Notes: generated from the sequence alone by a model not told the origin. A stretch of DNA of 64,000 bases from Desulfobacterales bacterium (GCA_030834695.1 JAUQXK010000097.1:24823-88822), one strand, 5' to 3'. Positions 1 to 9,252 are shown, counted from the first letter of the stretch. Made by a program: numbers and translations.

Positions 1-116
1 TCGCACCAGGGAATCTCGCCGCTCGGCAATTGAGTCCTTGCAATCAGCGCCGCGGGCGCCTCGATGTCGATCGCACATTCCGGTTCAGGTCTGAGTCCGA
101 GGAAGTCCCGTTCCAT
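1..116 (-). CDS. hypothetical protein, N-terminal 38 codons only (gene continues past the window start)
   Basis: ATG at 116 (minus) lies directly after an in-frame stop at 122-120. It reads MERDFLGLRPEPECAIDIEAPAALIARTQLPSGEIPWC with mostly G/C third positions. It is absent from the ORF track because it is truncated. No function assignable. Confidence 0.3.
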   Translation of the reverse strand, partial: MERDFLGLRPEPECAIDIEAPAALIARTQLPSGEIPWC

Positions 117-591
117 GTTTCAGCGCACCTCTTGGCTGACGGCTCGAAGCTTGTTTTTATTACTCCGGCAATAAAACATATCCGATTGCGGCCATATCCG
201 TCATCGGCGAACCTCGGCTCCAGTTGAACCTGCTTTCTTGCCGGAGAAATAACATCCGCAGAGGTCATACAAAGGAACCGGCCGCGATGCAAGAGCACGA
301 ACGAGGTTGCATTCCGGTGCCGGCTTGACTTCACGGGCCGTTTCCGGGTAGGTAGGCATCTAACGCCCCTGCCGCCGATCCCTTCGGCGCGAATTGATTT
401 TCCTCGGCGGCTGATGCCATTCCGTCCATGTGCCCTGAACGGGCATGCTGAATCCGGCAGCCTGTTGTCAAAGACCATCGTCCACGCTTTGCGAAAGCCG
501 GTTGCATCTATTCTCCCCCGGAGGGACCGGGGATCGTCCCCGGTCGCCCCCGATGCTGCGATCACCCGTGATCATCAGAAAGGAGGACTCC

Positions 592-807
592 ATGGCCGAG
601 AGCATTTACAAAGTCGTTGAGCTGATTGGCACCAGCACCAAGTCTTGGGAGGATGCAGCGAAGAACGCGGTGGAAACCGCCTCCAAGAGCCTCAGAGACT
701 TGCGCGTAGCCGAAATCACCAAACTCGATCTGAAGATCGAGAAGGGCAAGGTGACAGCTTTCCGGACGCGGGTGAGCCTGTCCTTCAAGTACCAAAAGGG
801 AGACTAA
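592..807 (+). CDS. dodecin (small flavin-binding/storage protein)
   Basis: ORF 445..807 trimmed to ATG 592 with AGGAGG at 581-586. MAESIYKVVELIGTSTKSWEDAAKNAVETASKSLRDLRVAEI..., ~71 aa, fits the dodecin family pattern. Confidence 0.85.
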   Translation: MAESIYKVVELIGTSTKSWEDAAKNAVETASKSLRDLRVAEITKLDLKIEKGKVTAFRTRVSLSFKYQKGD

Positions 808-935
808 CCCGGATATTCCGGAAAGTCGGACGTATCGGATCTCGGGGCCGGCAGGGATGAGGCTCGCCGGCCTTTCTTATGAAAGGTATCGTCCATCTCG
901 TTTTAGCGACGTTTTTTCCTTCAGAAAGGCGCGCG

Positions 936-1421
936 ATGACTTCGAAAGCCTTCCAGGATTATTACCCGGACGACGTGAGTCACTGCTATGGATGCGGCCG
1001 CTTGAACCCGCACGGTCTTCAGATCAAGAGCCATTGGGATGGGGAGGAGAGCGTGTGCCGCTTTCAGCCGCGGCCTTACCATACGGCGATTCCCGGTTAT
1101 GTGTATGGCGGACTGATCGCCTCGCTCATCGATTGCCACGCCACCGGTACCGCCGCGGCCGCCAAATACCGAGAGGAAGGACGGGAACTCGGGACCGAAC
1201 CGCCGGTTCGTTTCGTCACCGGATCGCTGCATGTGGATTATCTCGCGCCGACACCGATCGATGCGGAACTGGAACTGCGGGCGCGCGTCGTGGAGATCAA
1301 GGGCCGCAAGGTAAAGATAAACATCAGCCTGTCGGCCAAAGGGGCAGTGTGCGCCCGTGGAGAGGTCGTTACCGTGCAGATGCCCGCGGACTGGGTGGAG
1401 AAGCTCAAGTCAAAAGATTAG
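936..1421 (+). CDS. PaaI/4HBT-type hotdog-fold thioesterase
   Basis: ORF 879..1421; likely start is ATG 936 (MTSKAFQDYY). HCYGCGRLNPHGL N-terminal motif plus hotdog core GYVYGGLIASLIDCH. Confidence 0.8.
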   Translation: MTSKAFQDYYPDDVSHCYGCGRLNPHGLQIKSHWDGEESVCRFQPRPYHTAIPGYVYGGLIASLIDCHATGTAAAAKYREEGRELGTEPPVRFVTGSLHVDYLAPTPIDAELELRARVVEIKGRKVKINISLSAKGAVCARGEVVTVQMPADWVEKLKSKD

Positions 1422-1538
1422 CTACCAACCGGCCATAGCCCCATTCACAACTGAATGTTGCCCAGGTATTACTCTGGACCGGTTGCGGAAAAGCCTGTTT
1501 TTTTTTGCCAGGTCGTTCAACCCAACGAGGGAACGACT

Positions 1539-1712
1539 ATGACATGCCACCTTCTTTTTGTGCGCTTTAGCTTATTCTTCCTCAACCTGATGGCATTTTC
1601 GGCCGCCGCCGGGCCGCAGACGCCATCAGGACTCCAATTTGACCGGCAAACCGAAAAAACACCAAACAACCGGACCCGAAATACCGCGGGAGGGGCCACG
1701 GCCAACCTTTAA
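1539..1712 (+). CDS. small putative secreted peptide (57 aa), unknown family
   Basis: Internal ATG 1539 of ORF 1455..1712 with GAGGGA about 8 nt upstream. MTCHLLFVRFSLFFLNLMAFSAAAG is signal-like and is followed by a polar tail. It lies just upstream of the secreted protease. Confidence 0.3.
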   Translation: MTCHLLFVRFSLFFLNLMAFSAAAGPQTPSGLQFDRQTEKTPNNRTRNTAGGATANL

Positions 1713-1884
1713 AGACCCGATTCGGGGTGCATCCAGAGGGAAGCCCCAAAATGGGAGCCACAATGCACCATGTGGAACCCCCGCTATTAAAGAAAGGGGG
1801 GGATGCGCCACTGCGGTTGGCTGAAAGCGGGGAATGGTCATTTTTTTGCTGATTGGCATCTACCTTCATGAAGGGAGGGCGGAG

Positions 1885-3069
1885 ATGAAACGATTGCTGA
1901 AGTCGGAGACAATTAGGGGCGTTGGATTGATTGTACGGGTGGTACTTGTTGTTATGATCGCATTTGCCGCTTTGGCTTCGCGTGTCGAAGCCGACCCGGC
2001 CGTCAAAAGCAGATCGTTTTCCAGAGTCGAACAGGAGTCCGCTTTAAAATACTGGACGCGCGATAGGATCGCTGCCGCACCGGCTATGGAGATACCGGTT
2101 GACCATAAGCCGGCCGGGGTCCATGCGCCTGCCCTTGATAAAGAGACTGCCATCCGTCCGGTGGGAAGTTCACCAGCGGGAATGGCCGATCCCGGTGCAC
2201 TCCGGATCGCCCGGACAGCCTTCGCGCAGGATTGGGAGGCGTCGGGAGATCAAACGGCCGACGCAGATTCTTCTTACGCCGCCAGTCAATCAGGGGCTTT
2301 CGGAGGGGAGGAGGCTGTCGACATGCAGGCCGGCACGGCAGGTGTTTACACCTATTACAATGTCGGCACACAAGATAATTTTTATAACGTTTACCCGCAT
2401 AAATGGGTTGGCAAGCTAACTGCTTCGACGCCCAGCGGCAGCATCTCCTGTTCGGCGACGGTCATTAGCGGCAACAACATCGTTACGGCTGCGCACTGCG
2501 TGTATGACACGGTCAACAACCAGTGGTATTCGAACATTGCCTTCTCGCCCGCCTTCCGAAACGGATCCACGCCCTACGGCACGTATCCGGGGCAAAACTC
2601 CTGGGTACTCACAAAGTATATCAACCTGAGCGGCAGCTACGATATCGACACCTGGGTGCGGCATGACGTAGCGGTCGTCAAGTTGGGAACCAACGCGGCC
2701 GGACAGACGATCAATTCGGCGGTCGGTTATGCCGGCCGGTTGTGGGACGCCGGCACAGCCCAACTGGTTTTCATTAGTGGCTACCCATCCCGAACCTATA
2801 CGGATGACCTTATTAGCAACGGCCCCTTGCAGTACCTGCGAGCTTGCACGGCTGAAACGTTCTACCAGGCTTCGAACACGCTGGGTAGCGGCTGCTATTG
2901 GGGCCGCGGCATGAGCGGCGGCTCGTGGCTCGTCAACTATAAGCCGTTCATCGTGAACGGCCAAATCAACAGCGTCAACTCCGGCCTGCGTATCGGAGAG
3001 TCGAACCTCTACGGCGCAAGGTTCACCAGCAACAACATTGTGCTGCTATGCAATGCGGCCGGATGCTGA
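1885..3069 (+). CDS. secreted trypsin-like (S1, V8/Glu-specific-type) serine peptidase
   Basis: ORF 1834..3069 trimmed to ATG 1885. Signal/TM segment, then catalytic triad motifs TAAHCV (His), HDVAVVKL (Asp) and GMSGGSW (Ser). Confidence 0.85.
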   Translation: MKRLLKSETIRGVGLIVRVVLVVMIAFAALASRVEADPAVKSRSFSRVEQESALKYWTRDRIAAAPAMEIPVDHKPAGVHAPALDKETAIRPVGSSPAGMADPGALRIARTAFAQDWEASGDQTADADSSYAASQSGAFGGEEAVDMQAGTAGVYTYYNVGTQDNFYNVYPHKWVGKLTASTPSGSISCSATVISGNNIVTAAHCVYDTVNNQWYSNIAFSPAFRNGSTPYGTYPGQNSWVLTKYINLSGSYDIDTWVRHDVAVVKLGTNAAGQTINSAVGYAGRLWDAGTAQLVFISGYPSRTYTDDLISNGPLQYLRACTAETFYQASNTLGSGCYWGRGMSGGSWLVNYKPFIVNGQINSVNSGLRIGESNLYGARFTSNNIVLLCNAAGC

Positions 3070-3154
3070 CCGCAGGCAATTTTTCAACGTTGACATGAAG
3101 AGTAGGGATTGGCTAAGCGGTCAGTTCCCGCGCCGTTCATGTAAAAGAAATTTG

Positions 3155-3868
3155 ATGATGAATACCGAGATGCAGCGCACCTTATTGGCGTTAATGGTTT
3201 CGGCGATGGTGTCGATAACAGGCCTCGCGACCACACCCGGCAGCGTTGATGCATCAGGGAATATAACCGGCCAGCCGGCCGGAAAGGGGTTGAACATGAA
3301 CGAGGCCCCACGAAAGCCTAAAACAGTGCGGGCGAATCATCCCGACGGCCAGTCAAAGACCGGTGCGGGCGAGTCCGAGGCTGGCGAAACCGCCAACGAG
3401 GCCCCACATTCCAGCCTGCCGGTTCCGCCGGCAGGCTGGACGGACTTCGTCGATCCGACCTTTGGTTTCAGCATTGGCTACCCGAATGGCTTTGTCGTTC
3501 AGTCACAGAACGTTTCCAAATTGGCTCAGTTCGCACCTGCGCCAACTGCCTCTATTTTTTTCATGAACCCGATCATGGCAAAGGGAGCTCTGGCCGGGGT
3601 CGAGCCGCCGGACCTGGAAGTTCGCGTCTATCAGGCAGGAGCGATGGATTCACTGAAGAGTTGGCTGGCTTCAGTTCGTTTTGACCACAGTGGCGCCGCC
3701 ATTCAGCCTTTCCGGAATGCCAGCATCGATGGCCTGAAGGTCTGTCAGGAGGCGTTGATTGCTCCCGGCTGCTCGGTATATGTCCTCCACAAAGCCCGCG
3801 TATACCAGCTAACTCCCGTCTCGCGGGAAGGCGAGGCCATGGTCGAGACGTTTGCGCTTCTTCCCTGA
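3155..3868 (+). CDS. secreted hypothetical protein
   Basis: ORF 3038..3868 trimmed to ATG 3155. Signal peptide MMNTEMQRTLLALMVSAMVSITGLATTPGSVDA, a low-complexity linker, and a C-terminal ~150-aa domain with no family recognised. Confidence 0.55.
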   Translation: MMNTEMQRTLLALMVSAMVSITGLATTPGSVDASGNITGQPAGKGLNMNEAPRKPKTVRANHPDGQSKTGAGESEAGETANEAPHSSLPVPPAGWTDFVDPTFGFSIGYPNGFVVQSQNVSKLAQFAPAPTASIFFMNPIMAKGALAGVEPPDLEVRVYQAGAMDSLKSWLASVRFDHSGAAIQPFRNASIDGLKVCQEALIAPGCSVYVLHKARVYQLTPVSREGEAMVETFALLP

Positions 3869-3939
3869 ATCGGCCACGCCGATAGACGAGCCGGGTTGAG
3901 CCTTGGCCTGGCTGTTCAGAATCGAAAAAAATTTCAGCC

Positions 3940-5376
3940 TTATAATTGCGACTTTGAATTTTTTGCCAGAATGTGGGTGGCACGGCCCAGGAACATCTCG
4001 GCCGCCTCGGATTCCGTCTCCGAGAGAGTCGGATGCGGATGCATCGTTGCAGCGACGTCCTCGGCCAGGGCCCCCATCTCGATGGCCAGAACCCCTTCCG
4101 AAATCAAGCCTTCCGTGTTCCGGCCGGCGATCCCCACCCCGAGAATCCGGCCGGATTCGGGGTCGACCAGAATTTTTGTCAGACCTTCCGAGGCCCCCAT
4201 GGTGGTCGCCCGCCCGGAGAATTTCCACGGAAAGCGCTGCACCTGAAAGGGGATGTGCTCCTGCCGCGCCTGCTCCTCGGTGAGCCCGCACCAGGCGATT
4301 TGAGGATCGGTGTAGACCACGGCCGGAATCGCCCGCACGTCAAATGCAGAAGGCCGGCCGGCGATGGCCTCCGCCGCCACCTTGCCCTCGTAACTCGCCT
4401 TGTGGGCGAGCATCATGCCGCCGACGGCATCCCCGACGGCGAAGATGCGCTGGTCGGCCGTGCGGCGTTGTTCATCCACGCGGATGAAGCCCTTCGCATC
4501 CGTCTGAACGCGCGTGTGCTCGAGTCCCAACCCCTGGGTCGCCGGCTTTCGCCCGATGGCCACCAGCACCCGCTCGAAGCGCTGTTCGGGAGAGACGCCT
4601 TCTCCTTCCAAATGCACCGAGACGCCGCCCTCATCCTCCCTCAGCTGCTTCACGCGGGTGTTCAGCCAGATGTCGGCGAAAATGGATTTCAACCGCCGCT
4701 GCAGCGGGTCCACCAGGTCCGGATCGACCCCCGGCAGGAGGCGATCCTGCAACTCCACGACGCTGACGCGGCTGCCGAGCGCGGCATAGACGGTTCCAAG
4801 CTCCAATCCGACATAGCCTCCTCCCAAAACGAGCATGGATGCCGGCACGTCCGCGAGGGCCAGAGCCCCGGTAGAGCTCATGATCCGGCGGCCGGCCACA
4901 AAATCGGTTCCCGGAAACGGGATCGGTTTCGAGCCGGTGGCGATAATGGCGTGCCGGAAGCGAATGCGGCTGATTTCGGCGTCGTGCACCCGCACGCTTT
5001 CCGAGGACTCGAATTCGGCCCGGCCGTTAATGAGCTGCACCCCCCGGCGTGTGGCCAGGCTCATCAGGCCGCCGGCCATCTTCTCGATGACCTCGGCCTT
5101 CCAGCGCCGCAGACCGTCCATATCGATCTTTGGAGGGCCGAAGGAGAGCCCCATGGCGCCGGCCCGCTCTGCATCGAAAATGAGCTCGGCCAGGAAGAGA
5201 AAGGTCTTGGAGGGGATGCACCCTTTGTATAGGCAGACCCCCCCCGGCCGCGGCGCCGGGTCCACCAGGCTCACGTCCATGCCGAGATCGGCCGCACGGA
5301 AAGCGGCGGCATAGCCTCCCGGTCCGCTGCCGATCACCAGCAACTCGGTGTCCTGCGCCAGTTCGCCCATCACCAT
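3940..5376 (-). CDS. lpdA: dihydrolipoyl dehydrogenase (E3)
   Basis: 478 aa. GSGPGGY FAD motif, redox disulfide GGVCLYKGCIPSK, GGGYVGLELG NAD motif, and C-terminal HPHPTLSE. Confidence 0.95.
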   Translation of the reverse strand: MVMGELAQDTELLVIGSGPGGYAAAFRAADLGMDVSLVDPAPRPGGVCLYKGCIPSKTFLFLAELIFDAERAGAMGLSFGPPKIDMDGLRRWKAEVIEKMAGGLMSLATRRGVQLINGRAEFESSESVRVHDAEISRIRFRHAIIATGSKPIPFPGTDFVAGRRIMSSTGALALADVPASMLVLGGGYVGLELGTVYAALGSRVSVVELQDRLLPGVDPDLVDPLQRRLKSIFADIWLNTRVKQLREDEGGVSVHLEGEGVSPEQRFERVLVAIGRKPATQGLGLEHTRVQTDAKGFIRVDEQRRTADQRIFAVGDAVGGMMLAHKASYEGKVAAEAIAGRPSAFDVRAIPAVVYTDPQIAWCGLTEEQARQEHIPFQVQRFPWKFSGRATTMGASEGLTKILVDPESGRILGVGIAGRNTEGLISEGVLAIEMGALAEDVAATMHPHPTLSETESEAAEMFLGRATHILAKNSKSQL

Positions 5377-5442
5377 GGCATGTTCTCCCGGTTTACTTCG
5401 CGATTGTCTCGTTTAGGTTATCTTTTCGGAGTTGGAGCGAAT

Positions 5443-5536
5443 GGCATAGAGCATCGGGCAAAGCGCATGGTGCAAAAGAAACAGCACAAAGCTTTTCGTT
5501 TTTTTGACCCTATGCCCCATACCCTATGCCCTATGC
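5443..5536. repeat. GCATAGGG-type intercistronic imperfect hairpin repeat (copy A)
   Basis: Lies immediately 3' of the E2 stop. In mRNA sense (minus) it reads GCATAGGGCATAGGGTATGGGGCATAGGG, then an A-rich loop (CAAAAAAACGAAAAGC...), then the partly complementary arm GCACCATGCGCTTTGCCCGATGCTCTATGCC. A related copy is at 32594-32682. Confidence 0.5.
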
Positions 5537-5538
5537 TT

Positions 5539-6828
5539 TCACGCTATCGACATCAGCAGCTCGTCCGGATCTTCCATGATCTGTTTGAAGAGTTTCAGGA
5601 AGTTCACCGCGTCGGCCCCGTCCAGCACGCGGTGGTCGATGCACAGCACCGTGGGCATGATCAGCCGCGGGGCGATCGCCAGGCCTTTTTCCCGTTTGAC
5701 GACCGCCGGCTGGAGTCGTCCCTGGCCGAGCCCGAGGATCGCGACCTGCGGATGGTTGATGATCGGCGCGAACGTCCAGCCCCCCAGCGCGCCGGCGTTG
5801 GTGATGGTAAAGGTCCCGCCCTGAAACTCTTCCAGGCCGATCTTGCGGGCATGCGTCCGCTGCACGAGGCTGTGGAGCTCGACCGCGAGCTCTTTGATGC
5901 TCTTGTTGTCGACATCGCGCACCACCGGTACGACAAGCCCCTCCTCGGTGTTGACGGCCACCCCGATGTGGTAATGCTTTTTCAGGACGATTTCGCCGGC
6001 GGCCGTATCCAGGCTGGCGTTGATCCGCGGGTGGGCCTTCAGGGCCGTTGCCACGGCTTTGAGCGCGAAAACGGTGAACGTCAGGCGCCCGCCGAGCGCT
6101 TCAACATCCTTCTTGTGCTTGCGGCGGAAGGCTTCGAGTCGCGTGACGTCCACGTAGTCCTGGCTGTTGACGTGGGGGATCTGCGCCCAGGCGAGGCTCA
6201 TCTGCTTGGCCGTGGCCCGGCGGATGGAGCGGAAAGGCACCCTCTCCACCGCGCCCCACTTGGAGAAATCGGGCAGCTCCGGGGGCCGGCCGGGAGAGAG
6301 TGCGGGGCTTTCCGCGGCCGGCGGCGCGGTTGCTGCCGCCGGGGCTTCCGCGGTCTTGCCGGCCGCGGCGAACGCACGCACGTCATCGGCGGTGACCAGA
6401 CCCGCCGAACCGCTCGCGGGCACCTGCGCCAGGTCCACCCCCAGTTCGCGGGCCAGACGGCGGGTAGCCGGCGAGGCCGGAACCGGGCCCTGGCGCGGAC
6501 CGGGGGCTGGGGGAGCTACAGCTGAATCCGGAAGAGGCGCCTCCCTTGCGACGGCTGCGGCCGGTTCGGTGGCCGGCTCGGGTTTCTCCCCGGGTTCGGA
6601 GAAGGCCATCAGCACCTGCCCGACCCGTACCGTTTCGCCGGGCTTGACATGGATCTCTAAAACGGTGCCGGTGTAAGGTGAGGGGATTTCGACCGCGGCT
6701 TTGTCGGTTTCGACCTCCAGAATGATGTCGCCCTCATTGACCGCCTGCCCCACGCTGACCCGCACGGCCAGCACCTCGCCTTCGTGGATGCCTTCCCCCA
6801 GGTCCGGGAGCTTGAACACCTTGGCCAT
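5539..6828 (-). CDS. dihydrolipoamide acyltransferase (E2) of a 2-oxoacid dehydrogenase complex
   Basis: ORF 5539..6933 trimmed to ATG 6828 (AGGAGG on minus at 6834-6839). Lipoyl domain VETDKAAVEIPSP, Ala/Pro linker, E3-binding PATRRLARELGVDL, catalytic DHRVLDG. Confidence 0.9.
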   Translation of the reverse strand: MAKVFKLPDLGEGIHEGEVLAVRVSVGQAVNEGDIILEVETDKAAVEIPSPYTGTVLEIHVKPGETVRVGQVLMAFSEPGEKPEPATEPAAAVAREAPLPDSAVAPPAPGPRQGPVPASPATRRLARELGVDLAQVPASGSAGLVTADDVRAFAAAGKTAEAPAAATAPPAAESPALSPGRPPELPDFSKWGAVERVPFRSIRRATAKQMSLAWAQIPHVNSQDYVDVTRLEAFRRKHKKDVEALGGRLTFTVFALKAVATALKAHPRINASLDTAAGEIVLKKHYHIGVAVNTEEGLVVPVVRDVDNKSIKELAVELHSLVQRTHARKIGLEEFQGGTFTITNAGALGGWTFAPIINHPQVAILGLGQGRLQPAVVKREKGLAIAPRLIMPTVLCIDHRVLDGADAVNFLKLFKQIMEDPDELLMSIA

Positions 6829-6838
6829 GTTCGCCTCC

Positions 6839-7822
6839 TTATTGCGCCGACAGCAGGCTGCGGGCCGCGTCGACGATGCGGGCCACACCGGGCAGGTAGT
6901 ATTTTTCGCGGCTGAACAGGGGGATGACGACATCGTAGCCGGTCACCCGCGCCACCGGTGCTTCGAGGTGATAAAACGCCTTCTCCACCAGACGGGCCAC
7001 CACTTCAGCCCCCGGGCCGAAACTGCGCGGCGCCTCGTGCACCACGGCCACTCGCCCGGTTTTGCGGGCGGATTCCACCAGGAGCGAGTCGTCCAGCGGC
7101 GAAATCGTCAGCAGATCGATGACCTCGGCCTCCACGCCGTGTTGGCGCTTCAACTCTTCGGCCGCTTCCAGCGTCGGCCGCATCATGGCGCCGTATGCGA
7201 TCAGGGTGAGATCCCGGCCTTCGCGCACGCGCTGGGAGCGTCCGATGGGAAGCGTTTCTTCTTCCTCGGGCACCTCTTCCCGAAAGGCGCGGTAAACGGC
7301 CTTGGGCTCGTAGAAGATGACGGGGTCCGGGTCCCGGATCGCGCTGACCAGAAGCGCCCGGGCATTTCGCGGGCTCGAGGGGATCACCATCTTGAGGCCC
7401 GGGATGTGGGCCCAGAAGGCTTCGCGGCTCTCGGAGTGATGTTCCAGCGCGCGCACACCGCCGCCGTAAGGCGCCCGCAGGACCATCGGAACATGGTGCC
7501 GCCCCTGGGAGCGCAGGCGCAGGCGCGAGGCGTGGGCTTCGATCTGGTGCATGGTGTAGTAGCTGAACCCGTCGAACTGCATCTCGCAGACCGGCTTCAG
7601 TCCGTAGACGGCCATACCGATGGACATGCCGGCGATGGCGGATTCCGCCAGCGGCGTGTCCACGACGCGGCGTTCCCCAAATGTCTCGATCAAGCCGTCG
7701 GTCACGCGGAAGACGCCGCCGTCCACGCCCACGTCTTCGCCCAGGACGATGACGCTTTCGTCCCGGGCCATCTCCTGACGCAAGGCCAGGTTCAGGGCCT
7801 GCACCATGGTCATCTTAGGCAT
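6839..7822 (-). CDS. 2-oxoacid dehydrogenase E1 component, beta subunit
   Basis: ORF 6839..7915 trimmed to ATG 7822 (MPKMTMVQALNLALRQEMARDE...). Typical E1-beta transketolase-like sequence throughout. Confidence 0.9.
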   Translation of the reverse strand: MPKMTMVQALNLALRQEMARDESVIVLGEDVGVDGGVFRVTDGLIETFGERRVVDTPLAESAIAGMSIGMAVYGLKPVCEMQFDGFSYYTMHQIEAHASRLRLRSQGRHHVPMVLRAPYGGGVRALEHHSESREAFWAHIPGLKMVIPSSPRNARALLVSAIRDPDPVIFYEPKAVYRAFREEVPEEEETLPIGRSQRVREGRDLTLIAYGAMMRPTLEAAEELKRQHGVEAEVIDLLTISPLDDSLLVESARKTGRVAVVHEAPRSFGPGAEVVARLVEKAFYHLEAPVARVTGYDVVIPLFSREKYYLPGVARIVDAARSLLSAQ

Positions 7823-8930
7823 GGTCCCCCTCCTTCTGCGTCGCATGCATGAACCGGATGAAATCCGCGCGCTGTTCACTGAGGTATTCGGGCATTTCGG
7901 CGTAGGCGTGCTCAAACATGAGCAACGGGTCTCCCAAGGCTTTCATCTCCTCCTCCGCGCGCGCCACCGCCGTCTGGATTTCCGCCGCAATCGCCTCCTC
8001 CTCGGCCTTGACGTTATCGACGGTCAACAGGCCCTTGGCGGCGAGGTATCCCTGGAAGCGGGTGAGCGGATCTTTGCGGCGCCATTCCTCCACCTCGGCA
8101 TCCGGCCGGTAGCGTTTGGGATCGTCGGCCGTGGTGTGGACGGCCATGCGGTAGGTGACGCACTCGATCAGGGTGGCCCCGCCGCCGGACCGGGCCCGCT
8201 CGACCGCCTCCCGGGCGGCGACATAAACCGCCAGGATGTCGTTGCCGTCCACCTGAATGCCCGGGATTCCGTAAGCGAACGCCTTTTGGGCCAGGGTCTG
8301 GGAGCGGGTCTGTTTGGAACGCGGAATCGATATGGCCCACTGGTTGTTCTGGCAGACGAGCACCACCGGCAGTTGGAACACGCCGGCGAAGTTGAGCCCC
8401 TCGTGAAAGTCACCCTGCGAGGTCGCGCCGTCTCCGAAAAAGGTCATCGCGACGTCGTCCGTGGCGCGGTACTTCATGCCCCAGGCGATGCCGACGGCAT
8501 GCAAGATTTGGGATCCCACCGGCACGGAGATGGGCATGTCGTTGCGCTCGGCGGGGATGCGACCGCCTTCGTTGAAGCCGTTGTTGTAAATGACGATGCT
8601 CTCCAGCGACCGGCCGCGCCAGAGATCCGCCGCCATTTCGCGGAAAGCCGGAACGACCCAGTCCGAGGCGCGCAACGGGGCGACGGCCCCCAGGTGGGCG
8701 GCCTCCTGACCGGCGATCGGCGGAAACGTCCCGATCCGGCCCTGGCGCTGCAGACTCAGCAAGCGCTCATCGAACCGGCGCGCCAGAAGCATCGTCCGAT
8801 GCAGTCTCAAAAGCAGGGAATTTTCGATGGTCGGTTCGAGATCGGTGTCAATCTTTCCGTGTTCATCGAGGATGGAAAGGTGATCGATTGAGTCCGGCAA
8901 GGCGATTCGCGTCTTCGGCATCGGGGCCAT
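7815..8930 (-). CDS. 2-oxoacid dehydrogenase E1 component, alpha subunit (TPP-dependent)
   Basis: ORF 7815..9083; probable start is ATG 8930 or 8921. TPP-binding motif FFGDGATSQGDFHEGLNFA. The stop overlaps the E1-beta start by 8 nt. Confidence 0.85.
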   Translation of the reverse strand: MAPMPKTRIALPDSIDHLSILDEHGKIDTDLEPTIENSLLLRLHRTMLLARRFDERLLSLQRQGRIGTFPPIAGQEAAHLGAVAPLRASDWVVPAFREMAADLWRGRSLESIVIYNNGFNEGGRIPAERNDMPISVPVGSQILHAVGIAWGMKYRATDDVAMTFFGDGATSQGDFHEGLNFAGVFQLPVVLVCQNNQWAISIPRSKQTRSQTLAQKAFAYGIPGIQVDGNDILAVYVAAREAVERARSGGGATLIECVTYRMAVHTTADDPKRYRPDAEVEEWRRKDPLTRFQGYLAAKGLLTVDNVKAEEEAIAAEIQTAVARAEEEMKALGDPLLMFEHAYAEMPEYLSEQRADFIRFMHATQKEGDHA

Positions 8931-9252
8931 CCTTCGTCTGGGAGTCGCGTGCAGAAGGTCGCTGGTTGGCGGCTCGACCAGTTTTGGAAAATATGCGACG
9001 CGATCAAACCGCGTCAAGGGTGTCCATTGTTGAAGAAGTCCCCAACCGGCGGCCGGATCCAGGGATTCCGACAGCAGGATCATTGCGAGCGAAGGTGCCC
9101 GCGGGCTTCAGGCGCATGCAACCGGGTTTTCCGTAGGCAAATGAGATGAACCCGCAACGGCGAAGGAAGGCATCGAAGGGCGCCTGCCTCCGTCGCAAGG
9201 AAGGCTGTTGAAGAAACGAAGAGGTAAAGATGCAAGCACCCCCGACAGGGCG

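Noticed and set aside
44-565. 173-aa minus-strand ORF in the first intergenic region.
   Set aside because: The composition is Arg-rich and not protein-like, with no RBS. It spans what looks like a divergent promoter/leader region. The real minus-strand gene start appears to be the separate frame beginning at 116.
117-591. Possible FMN or cobalamin riboswitch upstream of dodecin.
   Set aside because: I compared the region by eye with the RFN core (GGGUGAAAUUCCC..., AGCCCGCGAGC, CCGACAGU) and the B12 box. The conserved blocks are absent. Only generic GAAUCCGG-like fragments are seen.
3973-5232. 419-aa plus-strand ORF opposite lpdA. Similar long antisense ORFs: 5380..6525, 6701..7852, 7806..8891, 22141..23028, 24105..25274, 28028..29692, 32250..33713, 42108..44351, 48077..50098, 59239..60288.
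   Set aside because: All lie antisense to genes with unambiguous family motifs. They are Arg/Gly/Pro/Ala-rich low-complexity translations typical of shadow ORFs in high-G+C DNA, and they lack RBSs.
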